Shown here one piece after another: positions 1 to 9,402 of a stretch of 36,214 nt of DNA. The DNA is from a virus. Lineage: Duplodnaviria > Caudoviricetes. The position numbers and the translations under genes are program-made. The notes under the pieces were generated by a model. It saw only the letters and a list, made by a program, of their open reading frames with translations. It was not told the origin of the DNA and ran no database searches. Position 1 is the first letter of the stretch. Each line of letters opens with the position of its first letter. The stretch covers positions 1 through 36,214 of the IMG/VR virus record IMGVR_UViG_3300032212_000087; one strand, written 5' to 3'.

Positions 1-127
1 AATAAGAGATTCAGCAAGGGGTGAGCCTTGCCAATTTAGGATTCCACATGTATGTAATTTTGATCCTGCTACAACAGTGTTATGCCACATGGGCGGCGCA
101 GGGTGGGGAATGAAGAGTAATGATATT
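1..127 (+). repeat. 127-bp direct terminal repeat, left copy (circularity overlap)
   Basis: Identical to 36088-36214; a reading frame runs through the junction. Confidence 0.97.
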
Positions 128-271
128 CATAGCGGCTATGGGTGTAGCAATTGCCATGATGTTATTGATAGTAAAGTTAAATCAGAATTCAGCCAAGAAG
201 AGATAAAAGTAATGTTCTTTGAAGGTATGGTAAGAACGCAATTAATATTAATTGAGAAGGGTTTGCTATGA
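2..271 (+). CDS. DUF1364/YbcO-like Zn-binding putative nuclease, 3' part; the gene starts at GTG 36065 and spans the circular junction
   Basis: Joined frame reads MKSKANKKIRDSARGEPCQFRIPHVCNFDPATTVLCH...GMKSND...GCSNCHDVID, the typical YbcO pattern in nin regions. Confidence 0.8.
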   Translation: MRDSARGEPCQFRIPHVCNFDPATTVLCHMGGAGWGMKSNDIHSGYGCSNCHDVIDSKVKSEFSQEEIKVMFFEGMVRTQLILIEKGLL

Positions 272-597
272 GGCTGGACATTAAACCATTATCAGTCAAT
301 AAAGTTTGGCGGGGTCGGAGATTTAAGACGGATGACTATAAGCGATATGAGGCAGATGTATCTAAGCTTTTAGTTGGAATGAAAATACCAGAAGGGGCTT
401 TAAGAATAAATCTTGATTTCGGTTTTAGTAATACACAGTCTGATATTGATAATCCAGCAAAGCCGTTTATTGATATTCTACAAAAAAAATATATTTTTAA
501 TGATTCAAGAATTTACTTGTTACACATCAAGAAAACGATTGTAAAAAAAGGACGTGAGTATATTGATTTTGAGATTAAAGGGTTAGAAGAGATATGA
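268..597 (+). CDS. rusA: RusA-like Holliday junction resolvase
   Basis: PLSVN N-terminus, SDIDNPAKPFIDIL and FNDSRI motifs. Confidence 0.8.
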   Translation: MRLDIKPLSVNKVWRGRRFKTDDYKRYEADVSKLLVGMKIPEGALRINLDFGFSNTQSDIDNPAKPFIDILQKKYIFNDSRIYLLHIKKTIVKKGREYIDFEIKGLEEI

Positions 598-779
598 AAC
601 CATGCAGTAAATGCGCAGAAGTTAAACCGCTTGATAAGTTCCCATCTAATCCTAGCGCCAGAGATGGGAAAAAGAATATTTGTAAAGTATGTATAGCCGC
701 AGCACAAAAAGAATCAAGGAATAACGGGTACAGTAATAAATGTAATTTATTTCAGTGGAAACCACCAACAGGAGCTTAA
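594..779 (+). CDS. Small Zn-finger protein
   Basis: CSKC...CKVC; ATGA-coupled to the upstream gene. Confidence 0.6.
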   Translation: MKPCSKCAEVKPLDKFPSNPSARDGKKNICKVCIAAAQKESRNNGYSNKCNLFQWKPPTGA

Positions 780-781
780 AG

Positions 782-973
782 ATGCACAACATCGAACAAA
801 CAATGTCAAAAAAAGAAACGATACATAAATTAACAAAGGGATTAACAGATGCGGTTGATTCTGGATCAATATGTGAAGCTATACGCTTCCATGTTGAGTT
901 AGGTCAAGAGCTTATTTATTTGCGCTGTGATTGTTTAGAAGAAACGGCGCAAGTGGTTAGGGATAACCCGTAA
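782..973 (+). CDS. Hypothetical protein (start uncertain, 755 or 782)
   Basis: ORF in the operon; GGAG precedes ATG 782. Confidence 0.5.
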   Translation: MHNIEQTMSKKETIHKLTKGLTDAVDSGSICEAIRFHVELGQELIYLRCDCLEETAQVVRDNP

Positions 974-982
974 AGGTCTTGT

Positions 983-1180
983 ATGCCTATAAGGAAATTA
1001 ACGGATAGAGAAAGTGAATTACTCGACCAGCTTGGTATTGAGTATTACAAGTTGCTTAAAGAGTTAAAAAAAATTGAGCCAAAGCAAGTTGCCAGTAAAT
1101 TAGAGATTTCCGAGCAATATGTCTATAAACGATGGAGTAAACTTAATGATAGCAGAGAGATTAACGCAACTTCTACCTAG
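983..1180 (+). CDS. Small HTH-like protein
   Basis: PKQVASKLEISEQYVYK helix-turn-helix pattern. Confidence 0.55.
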   Translation: MPIRKLTDRESELLDQLGIEYYKLLKELKKIEPKQVASKLEISEQYVYKRWSKLNDSREINATST

Positions 1181-1733
1181 CGTTGTAGATCCTTCAAGGG
1201 TTACATCGAGCGCCCAATTCACAAACGGCAATCCGATAGAGCTATCATACATCATGGCTAAACTTGATGATTTCCAGTTTGAGCTAATAAACACAATGTA
1301 TCTAGGAGAAAAAAACTCAGAATATAACGTGAAAGCAATGTTATTAAATCGATTCATTTTAAGAGTAAAGAGAGATAAAAACGAAATAGACCACATTCCC
1401 GCATTAATACACACAGAATTAAAGGAAGTTTTAGGGGATAACATTTGCGAAGTATGCGAAGGCAATCAGTATTACGAGAAAGATAACTTATTCCATAGAT
1501 GCAGTTATTGCGGCGAGACAGGGAAAGCCAACCCATCATTAAAAACTAAATCTACCTGGTACGCTGAAATACGAAAAAAGTACCTTGAACAAAACCATAA
1601 AGATAAAAAATACAGCATCCAAAAACTAAAGCAGCATTACATATTGAATCTTGGTGATGCGTATAAAATATTTTCACATATCGTCAATAATCACAATAAA
1701 GCCGTACGCCTAATGGAGTCGCGCTTGCGTTAG
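1146..1733 (+). CDS. Putative Q-like late antiterminator
   Basis: Last gene of the right early operon, with a CEVC...CSYC zinc finger, followed by a promoter/terminator pair. GGAG precedes ATG 1146. Confidence 0.55.
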   Translation: MIAERLTQLLPSVVDPSRVTSSAQFTNGNPIELSYIMAKLDDFQFELINTMYLGEKNSEYNVKAMLLNRFILRVKRDKNEIDHIPALIHTELKEVLGDNICEVCEGNQYYEKDNLFHRCSYCGETGKANPSLKTKSTWYAEIRKKYLEQNHKDKKYSIQKLKQHYILNLGDAYKIFSHIVNNHNKAVRLMESRLR

Positions 1734-1755
1734 TTTAAAATTTTAAACCAAAAAG

Positions 1756-1797
1756 TAGATAAACTTGCTTGACATAGTACACTTGGAGGTGAGAAGT
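1756..1797 (+). promoter_or_regulatory. Putative late promoter pR'
   Basis: TAGATA(1756)-16-TACACT(1778); an alternative -35 TTGACA lies at 1769. Directly downstream of the Q-like gene. Confidence 0.45.
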
Positions 1798-1836
1798 CGC
1801 GCCCAGAAAAAGCGCACTTCAAATACTCCTTACACT

Positions 1837-1864
1837 TACCGCTTACCTCAAGCGGTATTTTTTT
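1837..1864 (+). terminator. tR'-like intrinsic terminator
   Basis: TACCGCTT-acctc-AAGCGGTA followed by T7. Confidence 0.8.
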
Positions 1865-2006
1865 ACCCTGAATTTGCCCTTGCTCACTTACTCCTGAGTT
1901 TTCAGAAATCCTTGCAGTGCAGGGTGTAAAACTAAAATCACATAAAGAGCGGGGGCAACCTAAATGCAAATGATTGTAAACCACAAAGCACTAGAGGCGT
2001 TTATTA

Positions 2007-2504
2007 ATGATTATAAACCTAAAGCTCATAACAATGGCCTTGCTAATAAGCAAACTGCTGTTAATAAGCACTGCATACGCCGACCTAGCGGAAAAAAGAG
2101 TCGATGATAAAACTATTTGCTATCTAGACTCGACTTGCTTTTGTAATTCAATAATCAATGTCAATCTAAGCAACTCAAGTACAGAACCAAGATATTTCAA
2201 AGCGGGGGCGAAAACTCCAGAAATGCTAGCCGCATGTAAAGAGCTAGCCGCTTTCAAAGCTAAACCAAAACCCACTACCGAAACAAGAATTTATAAAGTC
2301 GCTGTTAATGGTGATTCAACAACACGACCCGCTTATGACATTGATGAACTAGCGGCCGTTAATTATGTGATGAGTAAAGCGAAAGCCTTAAAGATTCGAG
2401 TACCAGTAGGCGCAAGTGTTAACAGAGTCTTAAAAGTTATTAATACTCGTTACGCAGTATGTGATGTATGGGTAGGCCGACACGTTGCGGCTAGGTGCGA
2501 ATAA
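2007..2504 (+). CDS. Cys-containing protein with a predicted signal peptide
   Basis: Hydrophobic N-terminus ending STAYA|D. Confidence 0.6.
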   Translation: MIINLKLITMALLISKLLLISTAYADLAEKRVDDKTICYLDSTCFCNSIINVNLSNSSTEPRYFKAGAKTPEMLAACKELAAFKAKPKPTTETRIYKVAVNGDSTTRPAYDIDELAAVNYVMSKAKALKIRVPVGASVNRVLKVINTRYAVCDVWVGRHVAARCE

Positions 2505-4274
2505 GTGGCAGATATAACCTCAACCGCTACGGGTAACTGGTCAGCAGGCGCTACATGGGTAGGCGGCACCGCCCCTGGTAATGGTGATAATGCGATATGT
2601 CTTCACGATATTACCGTAGACGTAAATACAACAATCGGTACTTCCCCTGCCGCTACTGCTGTTACAGCCCATGACGTTAATACGGCCGCTATCGCTGTCA
2701 CTGGCGCAACACTCACAATTGCAGAAGATATACAGTTAACCGTACGCGGTAACTTAACCTTATCAAACTCTAAAATAATCCAAGAGCTAGGGTCAACTTA
2801 TGAATTCGACGCTAGCCAAGCAACAACACCTTTAAGTCAAAACTATTACGCACTTATTTCTATCGATTGGGCAAATGCGAATACATGGTGGGAATGTCAA
2901 GGCACAGTAGCAAAACCTTGTAGTATTCAATCTAACGCATCAGGTGGTAACGGATACACTGATACATACTCTATTCCGATTGGGGCGAGAGCGACTTACG
3001 GGGGAATGTTTAGAAATTCAACATTTGTAAACTTTACTCGTATTGGTGATGCGTCAATTCCGGCAATACGCCCGCAATTCAGTAATACATCAGGCATTGA
3101 CCTTGATTTAACGGATTCGATATTTGATGCTTGCGGAAAGATACAATGTAACTCACTAGCAGCTCTTAGTGATTTTATATTTGATAGAAATACATTTACC
3201 AATAGCGTTGCTACAGAACTTCTTTACCTTGTTGCAGGTAGTGTGAAAGATGCAGGCGCTACGCGGTCTATACAAGATTGTGTGTTTGATGACCTTGTTA
3301 CGATTCACACAGCAAATGGGTTTACTTTTGACGGTACTTTATTTTATGACCAGTTTACCGGTACAAATAATTCAGCGCCGGCCTCATTTGAAAACTGTCT
3401 AGTTCGTAACTCAACGCGTTCACCTCTAACAACTTATGGTTCACCAACAGATTGTTTGTTTCTGAAAGACGGAACACTAAGCAATCCGCACTGGCAAACA
3501 CCATCAACCGCGTATGATTCTACTTTTGATGGTTGTGTTTTTGAGCATATAGGAACAAAAACAGGTGATACAGGTGATTGTATTGTTGGCCCAAGTAGCG
3601 GCACTGTCACTGTCACGATTAAAAACAACATCTTTACTCGTGATGATTCTTGCCCGTTAAGTTTATTAGGCGCGTCATCCGGCCAAGCTTATGTTTATGA
3701 ACATAATACAGGCGCGTATCAAGTAAATGTCAATGAAACAGTCACCTCTTATGCAGGTATGATTACTTCATTCAAGTCAAACATAGGTTTTGGTGCTTCT
3801 GCTGGTTCACATTACATGATTCACGATACGGGTGGCGGCGCGGTCTCTGACATTGTTGCAGGTGCCAACTTAGATTATAACTGCGACTTTAATCTTATCG
3901 CAGGTAGTGAAGGTAACGGGATAAATATTCCTATTACCGCCGCACACTCCGCTAACTCTATTACCGCTGACCCTACTTTTGTAGATTCGACACGCGATAT
4001 AGAAAGTTGGGATTTATCATTAGGCGGTGCTGGAACAGTAGCAAATGCGTTAACTGAATTAATGAAACGCAACACACCAACTTATAACTCTGCATACAGT
4101 ATCGCGGCTTTAGTAACGTACTACAAAGGCGGTTATGCCCCTGCAAACTCTTCACTTGAAAACGCAGGACATGACGGGGTAACAATCGGCGCAGTAGAGT
4201 ACGCCGCACCATCAGTCGGAGGCGGCTCTAACAGTAGATTCATCTCAGGCATGGGACAACTAGGATTAAGATAG
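2505..4274 (+). CDS. Parallel beta-helix protein (tailspike, depolymerase or adhesin-like)
   Basis: N-terminal TSTATGNWSAGATWVGG (G8-like), repeated FDxCVF/FENCL/IKNNIF beta-helix strands, C-terminal ADPTFVD...TIGAVEY. Confidence 0.6.
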   Translation: MADITSTATGNWSAGATWVGGTAPGNGDNAICLHDITVDVNTTIGTSPAATAVTAHDVNTAAIAVTGATLTIAEDIQLTVRGNLTLSNSKIIQELGSTYEFDASQATTPLSQNYYALISIDWANANTWWECQGTVAKPCSIQSNASGGNGYTDTYSIPIGARATYGGMFRNSTFVNFTRIGDASIPAIRPQFSNTSGIDLDLTDSIFDACGKIQCNSLAALSDFIFDRNTFTNSVATELLYLVAGSVKDAGATRSIQDCVFDDLVTIHTANGFTFDGTLFYDQFTGTNNSAPASFENCLVRNSTRSPLTTYGSPTDCLFLKDGTLSNPHWQTPSTAYDSTFDGCVFEHIGTKTGDTGDCIVGPSSGTVTVTIKNNIFTRDDSCPLSLLGASSGQAYVYEHNTGAYQVNVNETVTSYAGMITSFKSNIGFGASAGSHYMIHDTGGGAVSDIVAGANLDYNCDFNLIAGSEGNGINIPITAAHSANSITADPTFVDSTRDIESWDLSLGGAGTVANALTELMKRNTPTYNSAYSIAALVTYYKGGYAPANSSLENAGHDGVTIGAVEYAAPSVGGGSNSRFISGMGQLGLR

Positions 4275-4284
4275 AGGAAATAAA

Positions 4285-4584
4285 ATGGCAACAATGTACA
4301 TAACAGAATATTCAGACATGGGCGGCGCAAAAGGTAATGTTGTTCAAGTAGGTTTAGAAGATGATACCGCAGTCGATCAAGATGTTACTTTCACAGCAAC
4401 ATCTGCACAATCAGCCGCGTTCGCTTCAACAACAAAGTTTATAAGAGTTGAACTAGACGAAACAGGCCATATCGCATTTGGCTCAAACCCAACAGCGGTA
4501 ACCGCACAAAGCAAAAGATTGCTTGCTGATAAACCTGAATACTTCGGTGTTGTAGGTGGTCAGAAGATAGCGGCAGTCGTTTAA
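4285..4584 (+). CDS. Conserved small phage (virion-associated?) protein
   Basis: GAGG RBS; beta-rich, with the TSAQSAAF...TKFIRV pattern. Confidence 0.7.
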   Translation: MATMYITEYSDMGGAKGNVVQVGLEDDTAVDQDVTFTATSAQSAAFASTTKFIRVELDETGHIAFGSNPTAVTAQSKRLLADKPEYFGVVGGQKIAAVV

Positions 4585-4585
4585 T

Positions 4586-4663
4586 ATGTGGTCAGACACC
4601 ACAAACACTTCTGTAACCTGGACAGACACTACAGACACATCAACGGTATGGACTGATGAGTAA
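4586..4663 (+). CDS. Trp-repeat micro-protein (25 aa), not in the ORF track
   Basis: MWSDTTNTSVTWTDTTDTSTVWTDE; starts 1 nt after the upstream stop. Confidence 0.45.
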   Translation: MWSDTTNTSVTWTDTTDTSTVWTDE

Positions 4664-4820
4664 AGGATCAGGACGACGACCAACACAAGTACCTCAAGCA
4701 GTATACGAGGATAACTGGAATAATATTTTTAATAAGCCAACCGTTAAGGAGCTTAACAATGAAGAGAAGAAACTTTCTAAAAAGGGTGGCAATAGCGCCT
4801 CTTGCACTCGTAGCGCCTAA
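4656..4820 (+). CDS. Small conserved phage protein (54 aa), not in the ORF track
   Basis: MSKGSGRRPTQV...YEDNWNNIF resembles a recurrent small phage protein pattern. Confidence 0.55.
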   Translation: MSKGSGRRPTQVPQAVYEDNWNNIFNKPTVKELNNEEKKLSKKGGNSASCTRSA

Positions 4821-5211
4821 GCTATTTGCTGCTAGCAAACCTAAATACATACCAATACCCTTAACATCAAGCACGGTAGCGCCACCTAAAGACGGTCTTG
4901 CTCATATAGTTAGCATGTCTACCATAAAGGATGGGGATTACAATAAAACACTCCTTCACTTTAGAAAAGATGGCTATAAAGATTTAAAAAAGATAGCCCG
5001 TGTTGGAGGTATTTCATTAGCCGTTAGTAATTCAAACGGTAAAACTGAGATGGCTTTTCAGATAGCTAAAAAGATGGAAGAAGCAGCGGTAGACTATGAT
5101 TTTTTTGAGCGCGGGAAGAATACGCATAGAGTAGATTGGTTTGAGTTCAAGACGCATCAAATGAATGCGTTTGTAGTTGACTTAGAAAGATTAAAAGCTA
5201 ATGACTCCTAA
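4759..5211 (+). CDS. Protein with a twin-arginine (Tat) signal peptide
   Basis: MKRRNFLK followed by a hydrophobic stretch and FAA; strong TAAGGAG RBS. Confidence 0.65.
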   Translation: MKRRNFLKRVAIAPLALVAPKLFAASKPKYIPIPLTSSTVAPPKDGLAHIVSMSTIKDGDYNKTLLHFRKDGYKDLKKIARVGGISLAVSNSNGKTEMAFQIAKKMEEAAVDYDFFERGKNTHRVDWFEFKTHQMNAFVVDLERLKANDS

Positions 5212-5596
5212 GCAATCTCTCTTCGTTAAAGAATACCTAATAGACCTTAACGCTACTCAAGCAGCAATAAGAGCAGGGTATAGCGAGACTTCAGCAAGAC
5301 AGATAGCAGATACAAACATGTCAAAACATGACATAAAAGAAGCAATCCAAAAAGGCATGGATAAACGCTCTAACAAGGTAGAGATAACAGCAGACTTCGT
5401 ATTAACCACGATTAAAGAAACTGTTACTAAATGTATTGCAGAAGACCAACACGCTAACGTCTATAAGGGCTGTGAGTTACTAGGTAAGCACCTTAAGTTA
5501 TTTACAGATAAGACAGAAGTTACAGGTGCAGACGGGAAGCCAATAGAAACCAATTTCACAGTAGAGTTTGTTAGTGCCACACCTAACGATTCCTGA
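5201..5596 (+). CDS. terS: Terminase small subunit
   Basis: TPKQSLFVKEYLIDLNATQAAIRAGYS and ELLGKHLKLFTDK motifs. Confidence 0.93.
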   Translation: MTPKQSLFVKEYLIDLNATQAAIRAGYSETSARQIADTNMSKHDIKEAIQKGMDKRSNKVEITADFVLTTIKETVTKCIAEDQHANVYKGCELLGKHLKLFTDKTEVTGADGKPIETNFTVEFVSATPNDS

Positions 5597-7007
5597 GAAG
5601 CTACAAGGGTTCTTAACAAAGAAAAAAAGATTCAAGATAGCCTTTGGTGGTAGGGGAGCCGCTAAGTCTCAGTCCTTTGCCGACATCTTTCTTCTAAAGT
5701 CTCAAACAGAAAAAGCTAAGACAGGCTGCTTTAGGGAGATGCAGAATTCAATAGAAGACTCTGTTCACTCACTCCTAAAGTCAGAGATTAACCGATTAGA
5801 GTTAGATGGATTCACCTCAGAAAAAGCCACTATCTATAATAATCAAGGTGGTGAATTTAGATTCAAGGGATTAGCCAGAAACCCTGACGCAGTAAAGTCG
5901 ATGCACGGGTTTAAATACTTTTGGATAGAAGAAGGTCAGTCTATTTCTCAAGAGTCTTTAAACATGTTAACGCCGACCCTACGAGAAGCCGATTCAGAGT
6001 TATGGGTATCAATGAACCCCCAAAGTTCAGAAGATCCAATGTCTAAGCGATTCATTAAACCTTTTGAGAGTGAATTAAAATCCAGGGGGTATTATGAGGA
6101 CGACTTACATTTAATTGTATGGATTAACTACACCGATAACCCTTGGTTTCCAGAAGCGTTAGAACAAGAAAGACTTTGGGACTACGAGAATAAATCAAGA
6201 GCTGAATACGATCACATTTGGTTAGGCCACTTCAACGACTCGATTGAAAACTCAATCATTAAAGCAGAGTGGTTCGATGCTGCAATAGACTCTCACAAGA
6301 AGCTAGGATTCAAACCTAAAGGGGTTAAGGTTGCCTCTCACGATCCAAGTGATGAGGGTGGTGACGGTAAAGGCTTCGCATTAAGACACGGCTCAGTTGT
6401 ATTAGATGTACAAGAGAACAACGATTTAGATGTTAACGATGGTTTAGATTGGGCTACAGACTTAACAATAAATAACAATGCCGACCACTTCATTTGGGAT
6501 GGTGACGGCTTAGGTCTTTCTCTCAAAAGACAAGTCTCAACAACCTTTAACGGTAAGCACTGTAAGTACCATATCTTTCATGGTGGCGGTGGGGTCGATA
6601 ACCCTAACGCGCTATACATGAATGAAGACTTCCAAGGAACAGGAAAGAGAGAAAACAAGAACGCCTTTAAAAACAAACGCGCTCAATATTACTGGATGCT
6701 AAGAGATAAATTCTACAACACATACAGAGCTGTAGAGCACGGGGAATATAAAGACCCCGACGACTTAATCAGTCTTAGCAGTGAAATAACCACACTTACA
6801 AAGTTACGATCTGAATTATGCCGGATTCCTCGAAGACCAAACGGAAATGGGTTAATTCAAATCATGTCCAAGCAAGACATGAAAGCAAAACACAAAATAG
6901 ATTCACCTAACCTGGCCGATTCATTAATGATGAGCTACTTAGACGGTTTAACAATCGCTGACTCATGGAGCAAACCCTTGACCTATAAGAAATACAACCG
7001 CGTATGA
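5568..7007 (+). CDS. terL: Terminase large subunit (PBSX/Terminase_3-like)
   Basis: Walker A GGRGAAKS, CFREMQNSIEDSV, Walker B FWIEEG, nuclease DP...D and SPNLADS. Confidence 0.95.
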   Translation: MLVPHLTIPEKLQGFLTKKKRFKIAFGGRGAAKSQSFADIFLLKSQTEKAKTGCFREMQNSIEDSVHSLLKSEINRLELDGFTSEKATIYNNQGGEFRFKGLARNPDAVKSMHGFKYFWIEEGQSISQESLNMLTPTLREADSELWVSMNPQSSEDPMSKRFIKPFESELKSRGYYEDDLHLIVWINYTDNPWFPEALEQERLWDYENKSRAEYDHIWLGHFNDSIENSIIKAEWFDAAIDSHKKLGFKPKGVKVASHDPSDEGGDGKGFALRHGSVVLDVQENNDLDVNDGLDWATDLTINNNADHFIWDGDGLGLSLKRQVSTTFNGKHCKYHIFHGGGGVDNPNALYMNEDFQGTGKRENKNAFKNKRAQYYWMLRDKFYNTYRAVEHGEYKDPDDLISLSSEITTLTKLRSELCRIPRRPNGNGLIQIMSKQDMKAKHKIDSPNLADSLMMSYLDGLTIADSWSKPLTYKKYNRV

Positions 7008-9097
7008 ATGATTCAGACATTCTAGCAATGCTAAACAAACAAATCTCTAACGCGAAAGGCGGAGATAACTCGACGACGAATAGTGATAAAGCGACCGCGC
7101 TTGACTATTACAATGGCGACGAATCCATTATTGATGCTGATGAGGGCGAAAGCTCGATTATCACTAGAGAAGTCTTTGAAAATGTAGAGCGTGAGTTAGG
7201 TCAGCAATTAAAAGTATTTGCATCAGGTGAACGATTTGTGCAGTTTGATGCGGTATCGGACGAAGACGAAGAACAAGCCGAACAAGAAACAGATTATGTT
7301 AATTATATATACGACAAAGAAAACAACGGCTTTAAAATAACACATGATTGGATTAAATCAGCTTTAATTGAAAAGAACGCTTACGTTAAAGTTTGGGTAG
7401 AAGAATCAGAAGAAAGTGAAACACAAACCTATTCAGGTTTAAATGATTTTGGTTTAGCGCAAGTCCTAGAACAAGAAAACGTTGAACCTTTAGAGCACAC
7501 AGAAGAAATTGTTGAGGATGTTTCTATTGACTCAATGACAGGGCAAGAAGTTATTAACCCAACAACTATCCATGACATTAAAATCAAAGTCACTACTAAA
7601 GAAAAGAAAATCAAAGTTCAATCTGTGCCTAATGAAGAGATGGGCGTAGCAAGAAACCACAACGAACTATCATTAAAGAATTGCTCTTTTGTTTACCATA
7701 GACCCCAAGGTGTAACAGCGTCAGACCTCGTAGAGGCAGGGTTTGATAAAGACTTAATCAAGACTCTACCATCTTATAATGACGTTGATAACGAATTACA
7801 AATAGCCCGTAACATTAACTCTCAAGACGACCACATGCTTTACGATGAAGCTGACGAATCAACAAGAGAGATTGAAGTCTATGAATGTTACATACGCTTC
7901 GACCATGACGGTGATGGAGTAGCCGAACTAAGAAAAGTTATTATTGCAGGCAATGAAATACTCGATAATGACGAATGTGATTTTATTCCTTTTGCAACAC
8001 TCAGCCCTTTACCAATGCCGTATCGACATGAAGGGTTATCGTATGCTGATTGTTTAATGGATATACAAGACGTATCTACCGTTTTAACACAGCAAATACT
8101 AACGAATCTCTACTTTACTAATATGCCTGAGTTAGAAATAGCGGCAGGCGTTAACTTAGATGATGTATTAAGCCGTAAGTCAGGTTCGGTTAATCGAGTT
8201 GAAGTACCAGGCTCTATTAATCCTATTACTATTCCATTCACTGCAGGCGCATCTCTACCTATCTTAGAGTTAATGCAAAATATGGCAGAGAAACGAGTCG
8301 GCAGTTCTCAGCCTTTAGATCCTAATGTGCTATCAAAAACATCAGGCGCGGCGTTTATTTATGGTAGCGAACAAGCTAACCAATTAAGTGAGAAGCTAGC
8401 ACGTATATTTGCTGAAACAGGCTTTAAAGAATTATTCGGCATGATTCACGAGCTATCTATTAAACATATTGATAGACCTAAGATGATTAAGCTTAGAAAT
8501 AAGTTTGTAGAGGTTGACCCTACCGAATGGAAACATCGTTCTAACATGTCAATTGTTGTTGGACTTGGTACGAGTAATAAAGACCAAGAAATACAAAAGC
8601 TATTTGCATTATCAGAGAAACAAGAGCAGCACTTAATGCAAGGCTCACCAATGGCTGATTATAAGAAACTGTATAACACTTATTCTCGAATCATTGAGAA
8701 AGGCGGCTTACAAGACCCAACTAAATACTGGAACGATCCTAATACTCCAGAGTTCCAACAACAAGAACAACAAAAAGCCCAGCAGCAACAACCTAATCAA
8801 TTAGCAGAAGCCGAACAAGTTAAAGGCCAATTCGCTATTCAAAAGACACAAATAGAAGTTGAAATGAAAGGGCAGCTAGAACAGTTCAAACAACAGTCTA
8901 ACTACGAAAAAGAAATGCTTAAAGCAGAGCATGAGGCGCAATTACAAGCCCTTAAAACCCAATTAGATGATAGAGCCAGAGAGTTAGATAGAGAGTCTAA
9001 AGAGGGTATAGCGATCTTACAAAGCGAGATAGAGCTTATTAAAGCCGGTATTCAAAAAGACTTAGGACAATTAGGAATAGGAGCAGAACTTGGATAA
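7004..9097 (+). CDS. Portal protein (P22-like)
   Basis: 697 aa directly after terL; acidic, AEQETDYVNY motif, Q-rich C-terminal coiled coil. Confidence 0.88.
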   Translation: MNDSDILAMLNKQISNAKGGDNSTTNSDKATALDYYNGDESIIDADEGESSIITREVFENVERELGQQLKVFASGERFVQFDAVSDEDEEQAEQETDYVNYIYDKENNGFKITHDWIKSALIEKNAYVKVWVEESEESETQTYSGLNDFGLAQVLEQENVEPLEHTEEIVEDVSIDSMTGQEVINPTTIHDIKIKVTTKEKKIKVQSVPNEEMGVARNHNELSLKNCSFVYHRPQGVTASDLVEAGFDKDLIKTLPSYNDVDNELQIARNINSQDDHMLYDEADESTREIEVYECYIRFDHDGDGVAELRKVIIAGNEILDNDECDFIPFATLSPLPMPYRHEGLSYADCLMDIQDVSTVLTQQILTNLYFTNMPELEIAAGVNLDDVLSRKSGSVNRVEVPGSINPITIPFTAGASLPILELMQNMAEKRVGSSQPLDPNVLSKTSGAAFIYGSEQANQLSEKLARIFAETGFKELFGMIHELSIKHIDRPKMIKLRNKFVEVDPTEWKHRSNMSIVVGLGTSNKDQEIQKLFALSEKQEQHLMQGSPMADYKKLYNTYSRIIEKGGLQDPTKYWNDPNTPEFQQQEQQKAQQQQPNQLAEAEQVKGQFAIQKTQIEVEMKGQLEQFKQQSNYEKEMLKAEHEAQLQALKTQLDDRARELDRESKEGIAILQSEIELIKAGIQKDLGQLGIGAELG

Positions 9098-9353
9098 TAA
9101 AATGCGTGCACATCAAGCACAATTATTACTTGATAACCAAATATTTCAAGAAGCTTTAGAAGAAGTTAACAAGTCAATCAATCGTGAGATGGATAACATT
9201 AAGTTAAACGACAAAGACTCTTCATACCAACTAATACAGTTAAGACAAGCAGCTAACAAGATTGTTACTTATATACATACCGTTGCCACTAGCGACAAAG
9301 TAGAAGAATTTAACGCATTAAAGAAAAGAAGTTTTTTTAATCGAGTTAAATAA
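9090..9353 (+). CDS. Small head-module protein
   Basis: Conserved position between portal and scaffold. Confidence 0.65.
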   Translation: MDNKMRAHQAQLLLDNQIFQEALEEVNKSINREMDNIKLNDKDSSYQLIQLRQAANKIVTYIHTVATSDKVEEFNALKKRSFFNRVK

Positions 9354-9402
9354 GTAGTACCCCTTGCCGTGAGGCAATTAATCCCATTGAAGGAAACCCA
9401 CT

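Noticed and set aside
1-127. Biological direct terminal repeat
   Set aside because: The length equals a common assembler k-mer (127) and it cuts through a gene, so it is most likely a circularisation overlap.
1730-1984. 84-aa minus-strand ORF after the Q-like gene
   Set aside because: It overlaps the pR'/tR' signals and has no recognisable protein features.
4245-4274. Shared GQLG motif at the C-termini of the beta-helix protein and the portal
   Set aside because: Too short to distinguish from chance.
4653-4680. Hammerhead ribozyme core (CTGATGAG)
   Set aside because: No stem II followed by GAAA; the region is explained by overlapping small ORFs.
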